DNA from: Heteronotia binoei | Lineage: Eukaryota | Assembly: GCF_032191835.1 (NCBI RefSeq) | Contig: NC_083228.1 | Location: forward strand, 114,452,001-114,516,000 | Length of the DNA stretch: 64,000 nucleotides | Direction: 5' to 3' | In this document: positions 45,878 through 59,555 of the stretch, piece by piece | How positions within the stretch are numbered: the first letter of the stretch is position 1 | How the letters are laid out: each line of letters begins with the position of its first letter | Notes under the pieces: model-generated | Databases searched by the model: none | What the model was told of the DNA's origin: nothing | What the model saw: the letters and a program-made list of their open reading frames with translations, nothing else | Made by a program: the position numbers and the translations under genes

Positions 45878-46165
45878 GAACATAAGAATAAAAGAGAAGC
45901 CATGTTGAATCAGGCCAACAGCACATCCAGTCCAGCACTCTGGGTCACACAGTGGCCAAAAAAACCAGGTGCCACCAGGAGGTCCATCAGTGGGGCCAGA
46001 ACACCAGAAATCCTTCCACTGTTGCCTCCTCCCAGCACCAAGAATACAGAGCATCACTGCCCCAGACAGAGAGTTCCAACAATACACTGTGGTTAATAGC
46101 CACTGATGGACTTCAGCTCCATATGCTTATCAAATCCCCTCTTGAAGCTGTCTACACTTGTATTC
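45878..46165 (-). mobile_element. CR1 3' UTR fragment
   Basis: Same sequence family as 28996-29236. Confidence 0.85.
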
Positions 46166-46234
46166 ACCACAAACTTGAGGGGGTGAAAGTTTGTGGATGT
46201 GTGATGATGGAATTCTAGTTTACAATTGAGAAGG

Positions 46235-47368
46235 GACAAGGGCCATTTCCTCACGGGTTATCTGCCCAGTACGCTGATGACACCCAGCTCTATCTACTTA
46301 TGGACGGCCGGCCTGCCTGTGTCCCAGAAAACCTGGACCTGGCATTGCAGGCCGTGTCTAGATGGCTCAGGCTGAGCGGGCTGAAGCTAAATCCGACGAA
46401 GACAGAGGTCCTTTGCCTGGGTCGCCGTGGTCCAGGGAGGGAGATTCCCTTACCGGCCCTCGACGGTGTGCCTCTGTCAGCGGCACACAGGGTTAGGAGC
46501 CTGGGGGTGCTACTGGAGCCTACCCTAACTATGGAGGCCCAGATAGCAGCCACTGCCAAGTCCGCATTTTTTCATCTTAGGCGGGCAAGGCAGATGGCCC
46601 CTTTCCTGGAGGGCGACGACCTGGCAACAGTGATCCATGCAACGGTCACCTCGAGGCTGGATTACTGCAATGCCCTCTACATGGGGCTGCCCTTGTGCTG
46701 AACCCGGAAGTTGCAGCTAGTGCAGAATGCCGCTGCCCGGCTGCTGTTAGGGCTCCCTAGACGGGAGCACATCCAGCCGGGGCTTCGGGGACTGCACTGG
46801 CTGCCGATAACATACCGAGTTCGGTACAAGGTGCTGGTTATGACCTTTAAAGCCCTTTATGGTCTGGGACCTGCCTACCTTAGGGACCGTCTCTCCCCAC
46901 ATGTCCCCCAGAGAGTGCTGAGGTCGGGGTCTCAGAACCTCCTTACAATCCCTGGGCCAAAGGAGGCCCGTCTGAAAGCGACCAGGGACAGGGCCTTCTC
47001 GATTGCAGCTCCCTGTTGGTGGAATCAGCTCCCGGAGGAGGTGAGGGCCCTGCGGAACCTTGAACAGTTCCGCAGGGCCTGTAAAACAACCCTCTTCCGG
47101 TTGGCATATAATTAACTGTGAGCAGAATGCCTGAATATTAAATCTTAAACATCAGATTGAAGGACTGATTTAAGGAATAGTAAAATAGTGTATATCGATG
47201 TGAGTTTTATGTATTTTTAGGTTTTTATGTATTTTATTGTATAATTTTAATCGTATTTAAATCGACCTCTGTTAGCTTTTATTGTTGTAAGCCGCCCTGA
47301 GCCCACCTCGGTGGGGTAGGGCGGGATATAAATCGAATAAAGTAAAGTAAAGTAAAGTAAAGTAAAGT
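46235..47368 (+). mobile_element. 5'-truncated L2 LINE (RT C-terminus + 3' UTR)
   Basis: YADDTQLY, LKLNPTKTEV, SRLDYCNA, QLVQNAAARL, LHWLP motifs; one TGA at ~46699; ends in a (GTAAA)n tail. Confidence 0.93.
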
Positions 47369-48433
47369 TCAAAGCTGTTGGGAAGGGACTATTTTGTTTT
47401 GTTTCCCCAGAGCATTGTGGTGAATTTCTGCGGTTTCCTGGGCTTTCCCCTTCATCTTTTCAGATCTGCTTTGCTGTGAAGTTTTGGGAACGATTGCTGC
47501 AAAATGCAGATGGGTGTTGTGTGGGTGGGGTTTTCCTAGTCCTGCCCACTTGGCAGCCATTTCTCTGTCTCTGTATGAACACCCGACTAAGGCTGAAGCA
47601 CCTTAGGGTACACGGAATTGTTTTCTGTCATTGGGGATATGAAGTGGGGTAGTAGACCTGCTGCTTTGAGGACAGGCCTGTTTTATTTTTGTATTGTGAA
47701 TAAAGCATATAGCACAGAATCTTTATAACTCACTGCTCCTCTCTCATCCAAACCTGGAGAGAGCTCACTGCTAAGGGAAACAAGGAGCTCATAATATTGT
47801 CAGAATTGTCAGATGGAGAATCTGACATGCAGTTAGACAATGGACCCAGGGAGCTTTGGCATTACAAAGATTCATGTCTTTTGGTTCTTTACACCCCTCT
47901 TTCATACTCTCATCTTAAGCACGTGAGTGGAGAAAAGTAATGTCATTAACTGCCTGTAGATTAGCAGCCAATGAACTGCTTCTGCATGAGAACGGTGACC
48001 TTTTAGCTAAATATCTATCATCTATGATGAAACCCCAATAAAGGAGAATAAGAGCTTAGCTCTTCCATTTATAATGTGTTCTACTTAGACAAGATATTAC
48101 TATAATCTTAAACATCTTGCCCACTAGAAGGCAATCAAAAGGCCATTGATTCTCTTCTCCCTGCATTACTCCTTGGCTTAAAAAGCAAATGAACACTTTG
48201 TATGTTTTTCTGATAGTTCTTGAAGGAGGACACTTCCAGAATCCTGCTCAACTCCAAACAGATAAGGTTACATTTATCCTTTATAATTCAGGTGCCGGCA
48301 TGAAAGGGAAATCCCCAGGCAACTGTTTGAATCAGATTTAAGTCTCTATGTTGATTCTAGACCTGGTCTTTAGGAGTCCCTTCACACATTACATTTTTCT
48401 TGTTTCTTTTTAGCTTGCACATACAAATTGAGC

Positions 48434-48632
48434 TGGATAGCCCAGGCTAGCCTTATCTTGTCAGATTTTGGAAGCTAAGCAGGGTTGTCCCCGCTGTGGT
48501 CAGTATTTGCATGGGAAACCACCAAGAAATACCAGGGTTGTGATGTAAAGCCAGGCAATGGCAAACCACCTCTGAGCGTCTCTTGCCTTGAAAACCGCAA
48601 AGGGTCATCATAATTCAGCTGTGACTTGATGG
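48434..48632 (+). mobile_element. 5S rRNA-derived SINE with BovB-like tail (5S-Sauria-like)
   Basis: GGAAGCTAAGCAGGG..GGTCAGTATTTGCATGGGAAACC is 5S-like; tail GGGTC..CATAA..GTGACTTGA resembles the BovB 3' end at 56838. Confidence 0.75.
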
Positions 48633-50913
48633 GGGGGGGGGAGTATATGCATCTTTTGCTGAGGGGAGATACTGGGTTTTTCTGATGTCAGGTCTCACAA
48701 TGCCAAGACCATGGCCATAAAGCCTGGAAAATCGACAACAGATTAGTTTCCTCCCTCAAAAACACACACAGAAAACTCCAAAAAACTCTGAAAATGCTAA
48801 TGCATATATTTTCTGTGTTCTCCTCCTTCAAAATAAAAACACCCCCCCCCCTCGAAAATGCTAATGCATATATGGTCTCTGTTCTTTCTGTGTCAGCAAC
48901 CATTTGGCTTCTGTTATAGCAGAAACATTTTTGTTGATTGTCACACAGCTGGCTTGAAAAAAAATTCTAAACCCTTTGGGTGCCTCTCTGATTGAAGTCT
49001 TAGCACTCCTTTTTGTGAGTGGGGGGAGGAGGGAAGAAGAAATCTCTTTTCAGCTGGTAGAAAATAAAAGAGTTTGGAGAACCACAACTTTATTTTGATT
49101 TTGTAGGATTTTATGAAGCCTTCAAGGCACAAGATTAGGATTGTTTTAAGATTTACCATAAATTGGAGGAGCAACAGATTGGGAGCTCCGGGGTCAGCTG
49201 AAACCTCAGCTTGCTCCACTGTGGCTAGACAGTGTGTCTTACAGTCTTGCAATGCCAAGTGAAAAAGCAAAGCTCAATGGTATATGATGACAGTTAACAA
49301 TGCAATCTGAGACATAGTAACACGCTTTTAAGCCTTCTGACGTCAATGGAATTATATGGGTGCAACTTTCCTTAGGATTGCAGTGTAATCAAGAGGACTG
49401 TTCTAAATGTTTTATTACTTAATATATACCCTGCTTTTCTTCCTGATGGGGACCTAAGCTGATTTACACCTACCTCCCTGTGAGGTAGGCTGAGAGGAAG
49501 TGACTGGTCCAAGTTCATCCACCTGACCAGCTTCCATGGCAGAACGGAAATTTGATCCTGGATCTTCCATGACCTAATATGACACTGTAACTACTGCGCC
49601 AGCTTAACAGAAGTGCTGCTGAAAGCTGTGATCCGAGCCTCAGTATTTCATGCAGAACAGTATGAAATAATTCTGACTACATTTTATTTGTCAATGAGGC
49701 ATGACATTGAGCAAAAAGATTTTAAACATTTGACCAAAATAAGAGAATGGAACTTTTGGTGTCTCTCAGATATTGGCTTTCAAAGTCTTAGGGCCAAAAT
49801 ACAAAGTATATACACACGTGCATAACCAAACACTGATAGCTGCTTTTGGGAGAAGAATCATATTTGGGAAGGGGCAATTCAGCATGGATAAATGTGTGGA
49901 GGGGTTTGCTCATTCCCACAATTAAAAAGTTGTTTATGACAGGCCAGTATGCTAGACATTTCCGGTTCATCTGTGTATGTGCACATTAACATAAAATTTG
50001 GAACAATATATCTCATATCAATTCACAAATGCCTTCTGAGAGTTGGTGAGTGGTACCTCAGGTCTTCTCAGTCATGCACCCCAAAAATCTTCAGCCCAGA
50101 GCTGGCAACCCTAAAGACAGGTCTCTAATGGAACAAGAGATCCTGTCACATCAGTGCTGTAAGCTAAGTGCTCCATCCAATGATCCAGAAGTTCCCTTCA
50201 GGACTAAGCTAGTAGGTTACAGGAGAGCTGAAAATAAAATCCATCTCTTTACTACATCAATAAACTTTTTTAAATTTTTTTTTAAATATAACCCATCTGA
50301 TCTTGAATGACCTTTTACTTGACTTTACTTCATTTTCCTTGCTACTTCAATATTTTGGTACTGCATATTTCTGAAAGCTAGATGTATTTTTGGTATCCCA
50401 GTTTTGCAAAAATATCTCTGGCCATGAGGACTAGACACATTATCTCTATGAAAGCAAGGGATCTCAAGAACTGAACAATAACTTGGTAGTGTTCTGGCTG
50501 TAAGTGCCTATAATCTTTGATTGTGACGTATATGGTCTCTCTTTAGTAGCAGCAATTACATTTTTTGTTGCTGCAGAGACTATTACCTGTGTCCTAAAGG
50601 CAAAATTCAATTCTCCTGCTTTATTTGGCTATTAGTTTAATCTAGATGACTGTTCCAAAGCATGCCAGTACAAGTAGATGAAGAGATTGGATTTATACCC
50701 TGCCCTTCACTACCCAAAGGATTCTCAGGGTGGTTTATAATCTCCTTCCTCCTCCCCTCCTCACAACAGACACCTTGTACGGCATTTAGGCTTGGCAAAT
50801 GATTCAAAGACAGAAGCAGAGTATCCAGACCCAACAGGACAGATGTTGGTGGCCTTAACAGAGAAAGGATTACTCTGCTCTGGGGAGAGGGGGCTGTCCT
50901 CTGTCTCTCAAAC

Positions 50914-51192
50914 TGGAGAGCCAGTTTGGGGTAGTGGTTAAGTGTGCGGACTCTTATCTGGGAGAACTGGGTTTGATTCCCCACTCCTCCACTTGCACCT
51001 GTTGGAATGGCCTTGGGTTAGTCAAAGCTCTTGCAGGAGTTGTCCTTGAAAGGGCAGTTTCTGGGAGAGCTCTCACAGTCTCACACCTCTTGCAGGGTGT
51101 ATGTTGTGGGGGGAGAAGATATATGAGATTGTAAGCCACTCTGAGACTCTGATTCAGAGAGAAGGGCGGGGTATAAATCTGCAGTCTTCTTC
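50914..51192 (+). mobile_element. Young Squam3-like SINE (an opposite-strand tail fragment lies at ~50672-50775)
   Basis: Same family as 29287. Confidence 0.85.
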
Positions 51193-53399
51193 TATTAAAA
51201 AGGCTTGATGACCAGTAGTCCAAAGAGAGAGTCTTCACACAGCATATGATTTGTCAGTTTTGTCACCCCTGCTGAACTTCACTGACTGCCACTTGTGAGG
51301 ATGGGGAAATTATTAACATCATGATGTCATGTCACTTGATGAATATCTCTAGCTATTTTGAGAAGAACAAAACGCCAGGCTTTTGTTTTTCGCAGCAGTC
51401 CTCCTGCGTGTAAACACCAAATTCCAGTCTACCACACCTGTTAAGTCTAGTTTCCCAGTTACTTGTTTCTTCCCTTTAGAGTTCCTGCCAGATATGTCTT
51501 AATTTGAGATCATTTTCTGGGTCATCAGCTCAGTTTCTGAATGCTTTACAGTCTTGAGGAATCCCATTTAGAACGAGGTCATAGCTTTTAATCATTATAA
51601 CCATCTTGGCTTCCTGCAGTTTCAGAACAAAGCTTTCAACTCTGTGTTCATTACCATGACCTGAAATGCCCTCAACTGTTATAATGCTAACGGCAGACCA
51701 TCCATTGGTATATTGAATCCATGCCTCATCCGTATCACCTCTTCAATCAAGATTAAAAATTAATATTAAAAGCTGAACCGTTTTGATTAAGGACTATTTC
51801 TCGGGTCTTGTTGTCAAACAGGGACCTGAAGCATTTGCCTGTGACTTCTATATCCTCACAATGTGTCATGTTGTGGTGAAAGGGGCTGGTACCACTCAAA
51901 ACACTGATTGTTGCCACATCTTGGATTTAAGCATTGTATTGTGCTATGTTGATTCTGAGGGTTAATTAGCAGCACACTGTATGGTAGAATCCTTCCATTT
52001 TCTTGACCTTCTTGACCACTTCCTGTCACCATTCATAGCTTGACATCAAACACTAGCATATATCCAGGTGGTCATCCTTTCTATGCCCTATTGCCCCATT
52101 GTCCTGGTTTCCCTCTCCTCCCTCCTCTGTTGTGTCTTCATCCTCCTCTTCTTCCCCTGCCATTACCACTGACATTTCCTCATCCTCTCTGCCTCCTTAC
52201 TGTTCTCAGCTTCCTCTTTGCCATTGCCACCACCTTTCCTATCTCTCTCACTTCTTCTCCTGTTGCTGCTAGTTTTCGTCTCCTTTTTGTCTCTTTTCCA
52301 CCCCCTTTGTTGCCATCACTACTGTCGCTTTCTTTCATTCAACATCTGCCTGTACCAAATCCAAGTGACAACAAATTATTAAAACTACCTATGAGGATGG
52401 TTTCCCCTATCTGAAATTTGATATGGACAGCCCCTTAAAATTTTATCCCTGTCGAGTGGAAAACAAAAGCCCCCAGTATGGGTAGGAAAAGTATACTGAA
52501 GAAAATACAGAAAAATGTTAAAGACAAATTTATATTTTGTAGACTGTGGGAGAATGCCTGCACCTTTTATGTCTACATTAACAATTTGATAAGTTCTCCA
52601 GTGGGGGGAGAGCACAACTGGACCCATTTCATGTTGAATTGAGGCCCAATTTCAAACATAGTCACTGACTGAAGCGTGAGATACATGCTGGAACCAAGCC
52701 CGACAGGCCAGGCAAGTGGGACCCAGAACCCAGTGCATGCTGAGCTCTGCGATTCCTTTCCCTCTGTTTATGCCCAGCAGGAAAATGGTGTTTGCCCAAG
52801 TCAGATCTGCATGCTAGTTTTCTAGAACAGGCATGAAGAGCTTGGCAGTGGGATGCCTTGCTCTGATTCCATTCATGTGCAACATCCCTTCTGCTGCCTT
52901 CAGAAATCCTGAAGAGCTGTGAGAAGCTGCTGTTTTAGTCTTTAAAAAGCAAATCTTCAAAGGGAATTGTTTCACAACAGGCCCAGAGCTGGGTATTATT
53001 GCTGATGTGACAAAGTGAAAGAAATTAGCATTCGTTTTTCCTCCTCAGTTATGCAGCATGCCACATGTAGGAAGCAACCATTCAGCCTTGAGAAGCTCCC
53101 TGCAGTATTCTTTCCCACTCCCAGATTTTTGGATGCTGAAATTCATATATTGCTTATGGGTGTGTCTTAGATTTATTAAACAATTGATAGAAGCTGAGGA
53201 TAGCATGCTGTTATAATCAGTGTTGGAGGAAGACCAAGGAGATCTGAGTTTATTTATTTTATCTAGGAAATTTATTTTATAGTATATTTAGGAAATTTAT
53301 ATTATATGAGTTCAGTTTCTCAGTCAACCATAAAGCCCACTGGGTGACCTTGTATATGTCATTCCATATAGGAATCCAACCATTCTTTATAATCCCAAA

Positions 53400-53770
53400 A
53401 TACTTGATTAACCTTAGAGTACCAAGCTACAGGTGAGCAATTATACTGCAGCATTAAATGCGCTACCGTCTACAATCTCTGAAGACTGTATACTATGTAT
53501 ACTATTTTCAGATAGCTATTGCAGTTGTGATTTAGGGATCATAGAAACCATGAAGCATGTCCTATTTGAATGTCTGTGGTATATGGAGGCTAGACAGAAA
53601 TGGATCAAAACACTTATGTGCCAGTGAAACAAGCTTCCCCTAGATATTTTAGTTACTGAATTTTAATGGATTCCAAGCCAGCAAATATTCTTTTCTTAGC
53701 TAAATTCCTTGTTCAGGCCATGAGAGGTTGGGCAGATTATGGCAAGACATCTCCAATATGGTATAGTTTG
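53400..53770 (+). mobile_element. Degraded LINE ORF2 3' end with CCHC finger (RTE-X/Tx1-like)
   Basis: Translation CSCDLGIIETMKHVLFECLWYMEAR fits C-x-C...ETxxHxxxxC of non-LTR elements. Confidence 0.55.
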
Positions 53771-54179
53771 TCCTCTCTGGCTTGAATTCTTCCTTGCTAT
53801 TTTTTATTCCTAGTTGGGACAGACTGATACTACTGAAGATCTGCAAGTCAGAGGAGGAAAGGAAAAAAAAAAAAAGAATCTGTCATGCTAGACCTTTTCA
53901 GTTGTTATGTTTTTGGCACATCCTAGGAAAGTTTGCTATTATTTATCATGTCAATAAGTGCAGTTGCCATTGTATGTGGCTAGGGAAAATATATGTATTT
54001 TTCCAGCTTTGTTGCATGCAAATGTGTACCCTGTAAAAATCTGAGCTTCCAATTGCTTATACTGAAGCTGGAAAACATGTGATTTTGCCTAGTCCCATGA
54101 AACAGCAACCCAGTGTACTGAGAAGACTGTGCATAGCATGTTATCCTGGTACACAAGTCACAGTTGATTTATGGTTACC

Positions 54180-54352
54180 CTGTGGGATTTTCAAGGCAAG
54201 ATGTAATCAGAGGTGGTTTGCCATTGCCTGACTCTGCATCGTGACCCTGCATTTCCTTGGTGTTCTGCCATCCAAATATTAACAAGGGCCAACCCTGCTT
54301 GGTTTCCAGGATCTAATGAGATTGGGCTCGCCTGAGCTATCCAGATCAGAGT
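54180..54352 (-). mobile_element. 5S-derived SINE
   Basis: Reverse complement of the 48434 family. Confidence 0.7.
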
Positions 54353-55639
54353 GCGCAAGGTGGGATTGTCAAATTCATAATGACTGAAAAAGACTTTCAC
54401 AGCTTTAGCCAACTTTCCAGGATTGTTGTGAGGATAAAAGACAGAAGACCCATGTATGCTGGCATGAATTCTTTTGATGAAGGGCTAGATAAAAATCTAA
54501 TACATAATATAGCTTCCTCTGCATTCCTTTCTGAGGAAGAGAAGATACGTATTGCTTGCCTATGGCAGCTGTGACGCTGACAGTTGTCCCATGACTTCAT
54601 CATAATGCATGTAGTCTGTAATTATGCTGCAATAATTACAAGTTTAAAGTCTTCTGATTGGATTTGAACAGTTTGTTCTGCAGCTATTAGCATGTTCTTC
54701 CAAGTCGAGGAACATTGTATAGCTGATGAAACAGATTCATATAATGGTGGAAAGCTCCTTGTACTGGATGGATTGGGCCAGCGGAACAGTCTGGTAAAAT
54801 CTAGCCTTTAGTTTAAATGCAATTTTTTTCTTAACTTAGATTAATTATAATGTGTTAATCAAACACATCTGGTCATTAATTTGATTTTCAAAAATCAATC
54901 AATCAGTTGCATTAAGTAGGTTAATTCAAAATTATAAAAAGTTAAGACATTAATTCTAAGGCAATTCCAGGTCGTGCTGGGTATTTGAAGCTTATCTACC
55001 TTGTTTAATCCTTTTACTGAAGATCACGGTGAGTGGATTCCTATGAAGTGTAGTATAGTTCTATGTTCTTCTTCCACACTGGGCTCGCCCCAGGTAGGGC
55101 CAACCCACCACAGCCATTACTTCCAATGGAAGGGCCATTTCTACCTTGCATATATTATTATTATGTAATTAAAACCTAAGGTGGCTTTATGCAAACCATT
55201 CTTTCTCAGAGCCTTAGAGGGATGACCATACAGGTTTACCTCACAGGACTAATATGTATTTCTCTTTTAGAAAAGTGTATCAGAATATTGAGGGGGGTTT
55301 TTGTATTGACATACTCAAATAAGGGATTTTGGCTGTTTATCTTATTACATATACTAACCCATCCTCCACTGTATTTTAATGTATTCCTTTTTTTCTGGCA
55401 AACTATAGTGATGTTATAATCTCTTGAGTAACTATGCCCTCAATTTAAACCCAAAACTAACAAAGGCAGAATGTTACCCAGATTTATGGCATGTCACACC
55501 TACAACATCAATCTGCTTTTTATCACCCTCCAATGTTGTTTCAGCCCAGTTAACAACACTGACAAACACAGACCCCAATTTGTGATTCTTTAAATCTGCT
55601 AAAAACATTCCCATGATTCTACATACCAACTCACTGCCC

Positions 55640-55805
55640 ACTTATATTAAGAACTGCCGCTTACCATTCCATTTTTGTCTGATGAAGTCTGCTTAGAGCA
55701 TATGAAAGCTTACATTCTGAATAAAACTTAGTTGGTCTTAAAGGTGAACTTGTCTACTGCTTTGTTCTGTTGCTTCAGACCAACACAGCTGCCCACTTGG
55801 ATCTA
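55640..55805 (+). mobile_element. Penelope-like terminal-repeat remnant with minimal hammerhead core
   Basis: CTGATGA-AGTCTGC-TTAGA-GCATAT-GAAA-GCTT-ACA, then AATAAAACTT..GTTGGTCTTAAAGGTG..CAGACCAACACAGCT; related to 661-790. Confidence 0.65.
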
Positions 55806-56837
55806 TCACAGGTCTGTTGTTAAGGATTACTGAAATAATTTGGGGGAAGTTCTTGGAATGCCAAAAGTGCTAAATGTTCTATGTAGACAGGGCAAGACCA
55901 ATCAGGGAAAAGGGCAGTGTTCTGAATGCAATCACTTCATACTGGTTTTCTTACTTTATGTCTATCTGAATTCTGCACATGCCGATTTTTTTAAAAGGAT
56001 CACAACTGTACGTGTGTGTTTGCTTCTCCAAGGGCATCTCCTGTTCTGGAGCCTTTGCCATTTGAAACGATTATGATACCAGAGAGATTTTAATTATTTT
56101 TCAGGTGGAACAACTACAAATATTGAAAATTAGATTAAAATTTGGAACTGTTGGTTTTAATTTCGGGAAAAGGGGAGAGAGAGGAAGCCAACCATCTGTG
56201 TTGCATAGGCTTTCAAGCCAAGAGGCAAGCAGCCAGTGAGCAGAGCCACCAGCAAGGCCAAGCCTCCCCACAACCTGCCAATATGTGGGTTTGGGTATTA
56301 TATAAGCCATGGCAAATTGGCAGAACAGCTTGGAACAGCATTCAAAGAGACGTCATTAACTGATCTGTGCTCTGTGAAAGAAGTGGGTAGCATGTTCTGA
56401 ATTTCAGTAAAGGGTCAAAAATTCCTATTTCTTCTCTTCACTGATCAAACCGAGAAAAAAAATGAGCTTTCTTTATAACTGTGACTTCTGGAATTCTGAA
56501 CTCTTTCATGATTTGTACAATCAACTATGAGTGAGATTGTGCTATCTTATTGGTTGTAACGTTTCTTTTGCATTAATAAATTTCTTCCTTGTTATGACTC
56601 TTTTGGTGAGCAAAATGAGGAATTCAAATGATAATTATTGATTTAAAGATGGCAGCCCATAGGTTAAGAATGCCAGAAGAATTCCACATGAATGTCACTG
56701 TCGAGGCATAACCCTAACAGTTTAAAATAGACAAGTTCTTCTATGATACACTTTTGTTCAGTAATGAAAGAAGATTTGAAGTACAATCCTAAACAGTGCC
56801 ATACCATTCAAAATTCTTGTCAGTGGGCTTGTATATA

Positions 56838-57122
56838 TGCATGTGTCATCAAGTTACTTCTGACTTCTGGTGAAGAGATGAATTAATGACCTCCAAAATG
56901 TCCTTTTGTTAACAGCCTTGTAAACTGAGGGCCACGGCTTCCTTGATTGAGTCAATCCATCTCAAGTTGTCTTTTCTTTTCCTGCTGCCTTCAGCTTTCC
57001 CTGGCCATTATTGTCTTTTCCCATGATTCTTGTCTTCTCATAATATGACCAAAGTATTATAGCTTCAATTTAGTCATTTTAGCTTCTTGATAGAGTTAAG
57101 CCTGATCTGATCTAGAACCCAA
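56838..57122 (-). mobile_element. BovB-type RTE 3' end fragment
   Basis: Minus strand reads like the BovB C-terminus (AKMTKLxL.YFGHIMRRQES.EK..M..K.EGSRKR..RWIDSIKEA), degraded. Confidence 0.7.
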
Positions 57123-58284
57123 TGGGTTTAGGACTATGTAATTCTGCTTAAAAATGTAGTCCTAGTTATGACCCCTTCTAATTTTTGATGGTTAAGTGTC
57201 TCTTATTTGGGAAGCAAAGTTAAGCCACCTGAGGGATGAGATAGGCCTTTCTGCCTACTGAGCATTTGTTCTGATGTGCACGGAAAAAAAATTTACTTCA
57301 TCAGTTTAAAAAAATGGCCTGATAAGGATTGAGTATGCATTAGGAGACATGAAATGCTGAGGACAGGAGAGCATTAATTTAAAAGAGCGACAAAAGAAAA
57401 TGGGATTAGGGAAATGGTCCTCTGCATGCCCCCAAGTACTTATAGGGTGAGAACAGATGGCAGACCAAAAAAACACATCCACATGTGCACATCTGCCTCC
57501 CATCCCACCCCAGAGTTACCCCTGGCTTGCCAGGAGCTGGCTTGAAAAGGCACCACTTTGAAAGTGGTGCCTTTTCACTGGGGTACCTCTGAGGCGCCTC
57601 CCCGGCTATCTGGATAGCTGGGAAGCACCCAGAGAGTACCGGCGAGCTGTGGACGGGACGCATGAGCATTCCAGATACTCTCTAGGTGCTCACAGCCCAC
57701 CCCTTTCCCAAGTACCTTCCGGAAGCTCTGGGACACTCTATTTTCAGCCGGCTCTTTTTGGGGCAGGAACCAGCTGTCTGTTGTCAGCTGTAGTTTCCTG
57801 GAAGGGAAGATTTGGATCAGACAAGAGCTCTCAATGGATCTCCAGTTTGTTAATAATCCACTGAAGAGGAGAGTTTGTTAATAATCTACTGGAGTTAAGA
57901 AGGCTATAATGTAGATGTGGATTTTTCATTGGTCAGAGTACCCAGTCATTTTTAGATCCTTTCCAGTCATGAAGGCATCTTTTGACAATCTGTACATCAC
58001 ACATCAAAATAGTTTTGGTAAGGCACCTTTTAAGGCAGCCAGCTTCCAGGTGAGGTCTGAAAATCTCTTGCTTCTACAACTAATCTCCAACTGACAGAGA
58101 TCAGCTCCACTGCAGAAAATGGCTGCTTTGAAGGATGGACTCTATGGCATTGTACCATGCTGAGGCCCCTCCCCTCCCCAAAACACACCTTCTCCTGGAT
58201 CCACCCCCAAAGTATCCAAGTATTTTCCAACCCTAGAAACTTTACACGTTTCACCTGAGCTATTGAAGGAGGAAGCTAATGGAG

Positions 58285-58495
58285 AGGGAGTGTGGCTCAC
58301 TGACAGAGCATTTGTTTGGCATGCAGAAGGTCCTGTTCAGTCCCCTGCATCTCCATTTACAAAGATCAGATAAGAGATGATGTGAAAGACCTCCATCTGA
58401 GTCCCTGGAGAGCTGCTGCCAGTATGAGCAGAGAATACTGACTCTGATGGACCAAGGTTCTGATTCTGTATAAGGCAGCTTCATGAATTCATGGG
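58285..58495 (+). mobile_element. tRNA(Ala-like)-derived SINE
   Basis: GTGGCTCA..AGAGCAT..TTGGCATGCAGAAGGTCC head; GATGGACCAAGG..CTGATTC.GTATAAGGCAGCTTCAT tail. Confidence 0.65.
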
Positions 58496-59555
58496 TCCAA
58501 GGATGGTGGGAAACAACATGAGCTGGGCAGGAACTGCTAGGGATATGCATTTTTTTTCTTAGTTCTTCCCCAGTTCAGGTCTATTGGACCCATTTTTTTT
58601 GGGGGGGGGAAGGGATTTTTGAGATATCCTAGATCCTGATACTGGCAAAGATCCAGAATTTTTCAAAAACTCCTGTTTTTGAGGGGGGGGGGAGGTGTGC
58701 AATAGACCCAGGATAAAAAAACCCAACAACAATCCCCCCAAACAACCCAGGCGGAGCAAAACACATCTGAGCAGTGGAAGCATATTGCTTCTGCCTTGCA
58801 ACTGTTCATCCCCCCCCCCTCCAATTTGTGAAGTATTTGTGAGCTTTCTGCATTGTGCAGAGGGTTGCAGTAGATGACCCTGGAGATCCCTTCCAACTCT
58901 ATGATTTCTTCTGGAGTCCCTTTAAACCATCCTGGTTTAAAGCAGGGCTTTTTAAAATCAGGAATGCACAGGAATGCAGTTCCAGCTGGCTTGGCATCAG
59001 AGTGTGGCCTAGTATGCAAATAAGTTCCAGCTGGGCTTTTTTTACAAGCCCTGGTTTAAAGGTACTTGGAAAGAAAGCGAGAGGAAAGAGCTGAGACACT
59101 CGGATCAGTGTGCACACTCCTCAGCTCCCCCCCCCCACTTTTTTCTGCAGTCCCTTTAAACCACGTTGGTTTATAGGGACTGCAAAAGACATTGGGGGGG
59201 GGGGCAGCTGACCTCTCAGCTGTTTTCCCCAATCTTCCTGGTTCCCAAAAATATCCAGTGTTTTTTCAGGTTCCTTCACCACCACCACCACCACCACCAC
59301 CCCCCCCCGAAAAATCCTGGATACTTATGTGAAGTTGATATGGTATTTTTTCAGGTATGTTTTTTTCTCGGAAAGATTCAGATGCACACCTCTAGTACCT
59401 TCTTGAAGTCCCTGCTTATCGATGAACTCACAATTTAGCCATGAGCTAATGGCTATTCTGTAAGCTTCAGCACCATCAGCAATGTGGAGATAATTGTACT
59501 GGCCTCCCTTGCAAGGCTGCAGTGCAGATCTCTGAGATAATATATATAGGAAGCA

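Noticed and set aside
48434-48545. 5S rRNA gene
   Set aside because: Too diverged from 5S and continues into a SINE body and tail; it is a 5S-derived SINE.
52040-52414. 124-aa Pro/Leu-rich ORF
   Set aside because: Low-complexity CT-rich DNA; the ORF is a compositional artefact.
52386-52481. Protein-like plus-strand stretch YEDGFPYLKFDMDSPLKFYPCRVENK
   Set aside because: In-frame TGA just upstream and no credible splice acceptor between it and the stretch.
58285-58360. tRNA gene (also heads at 29287, 42843, 50914)
   Set aside because: No complete cloverleaf; these are SINE heads followed by SINE bodies.
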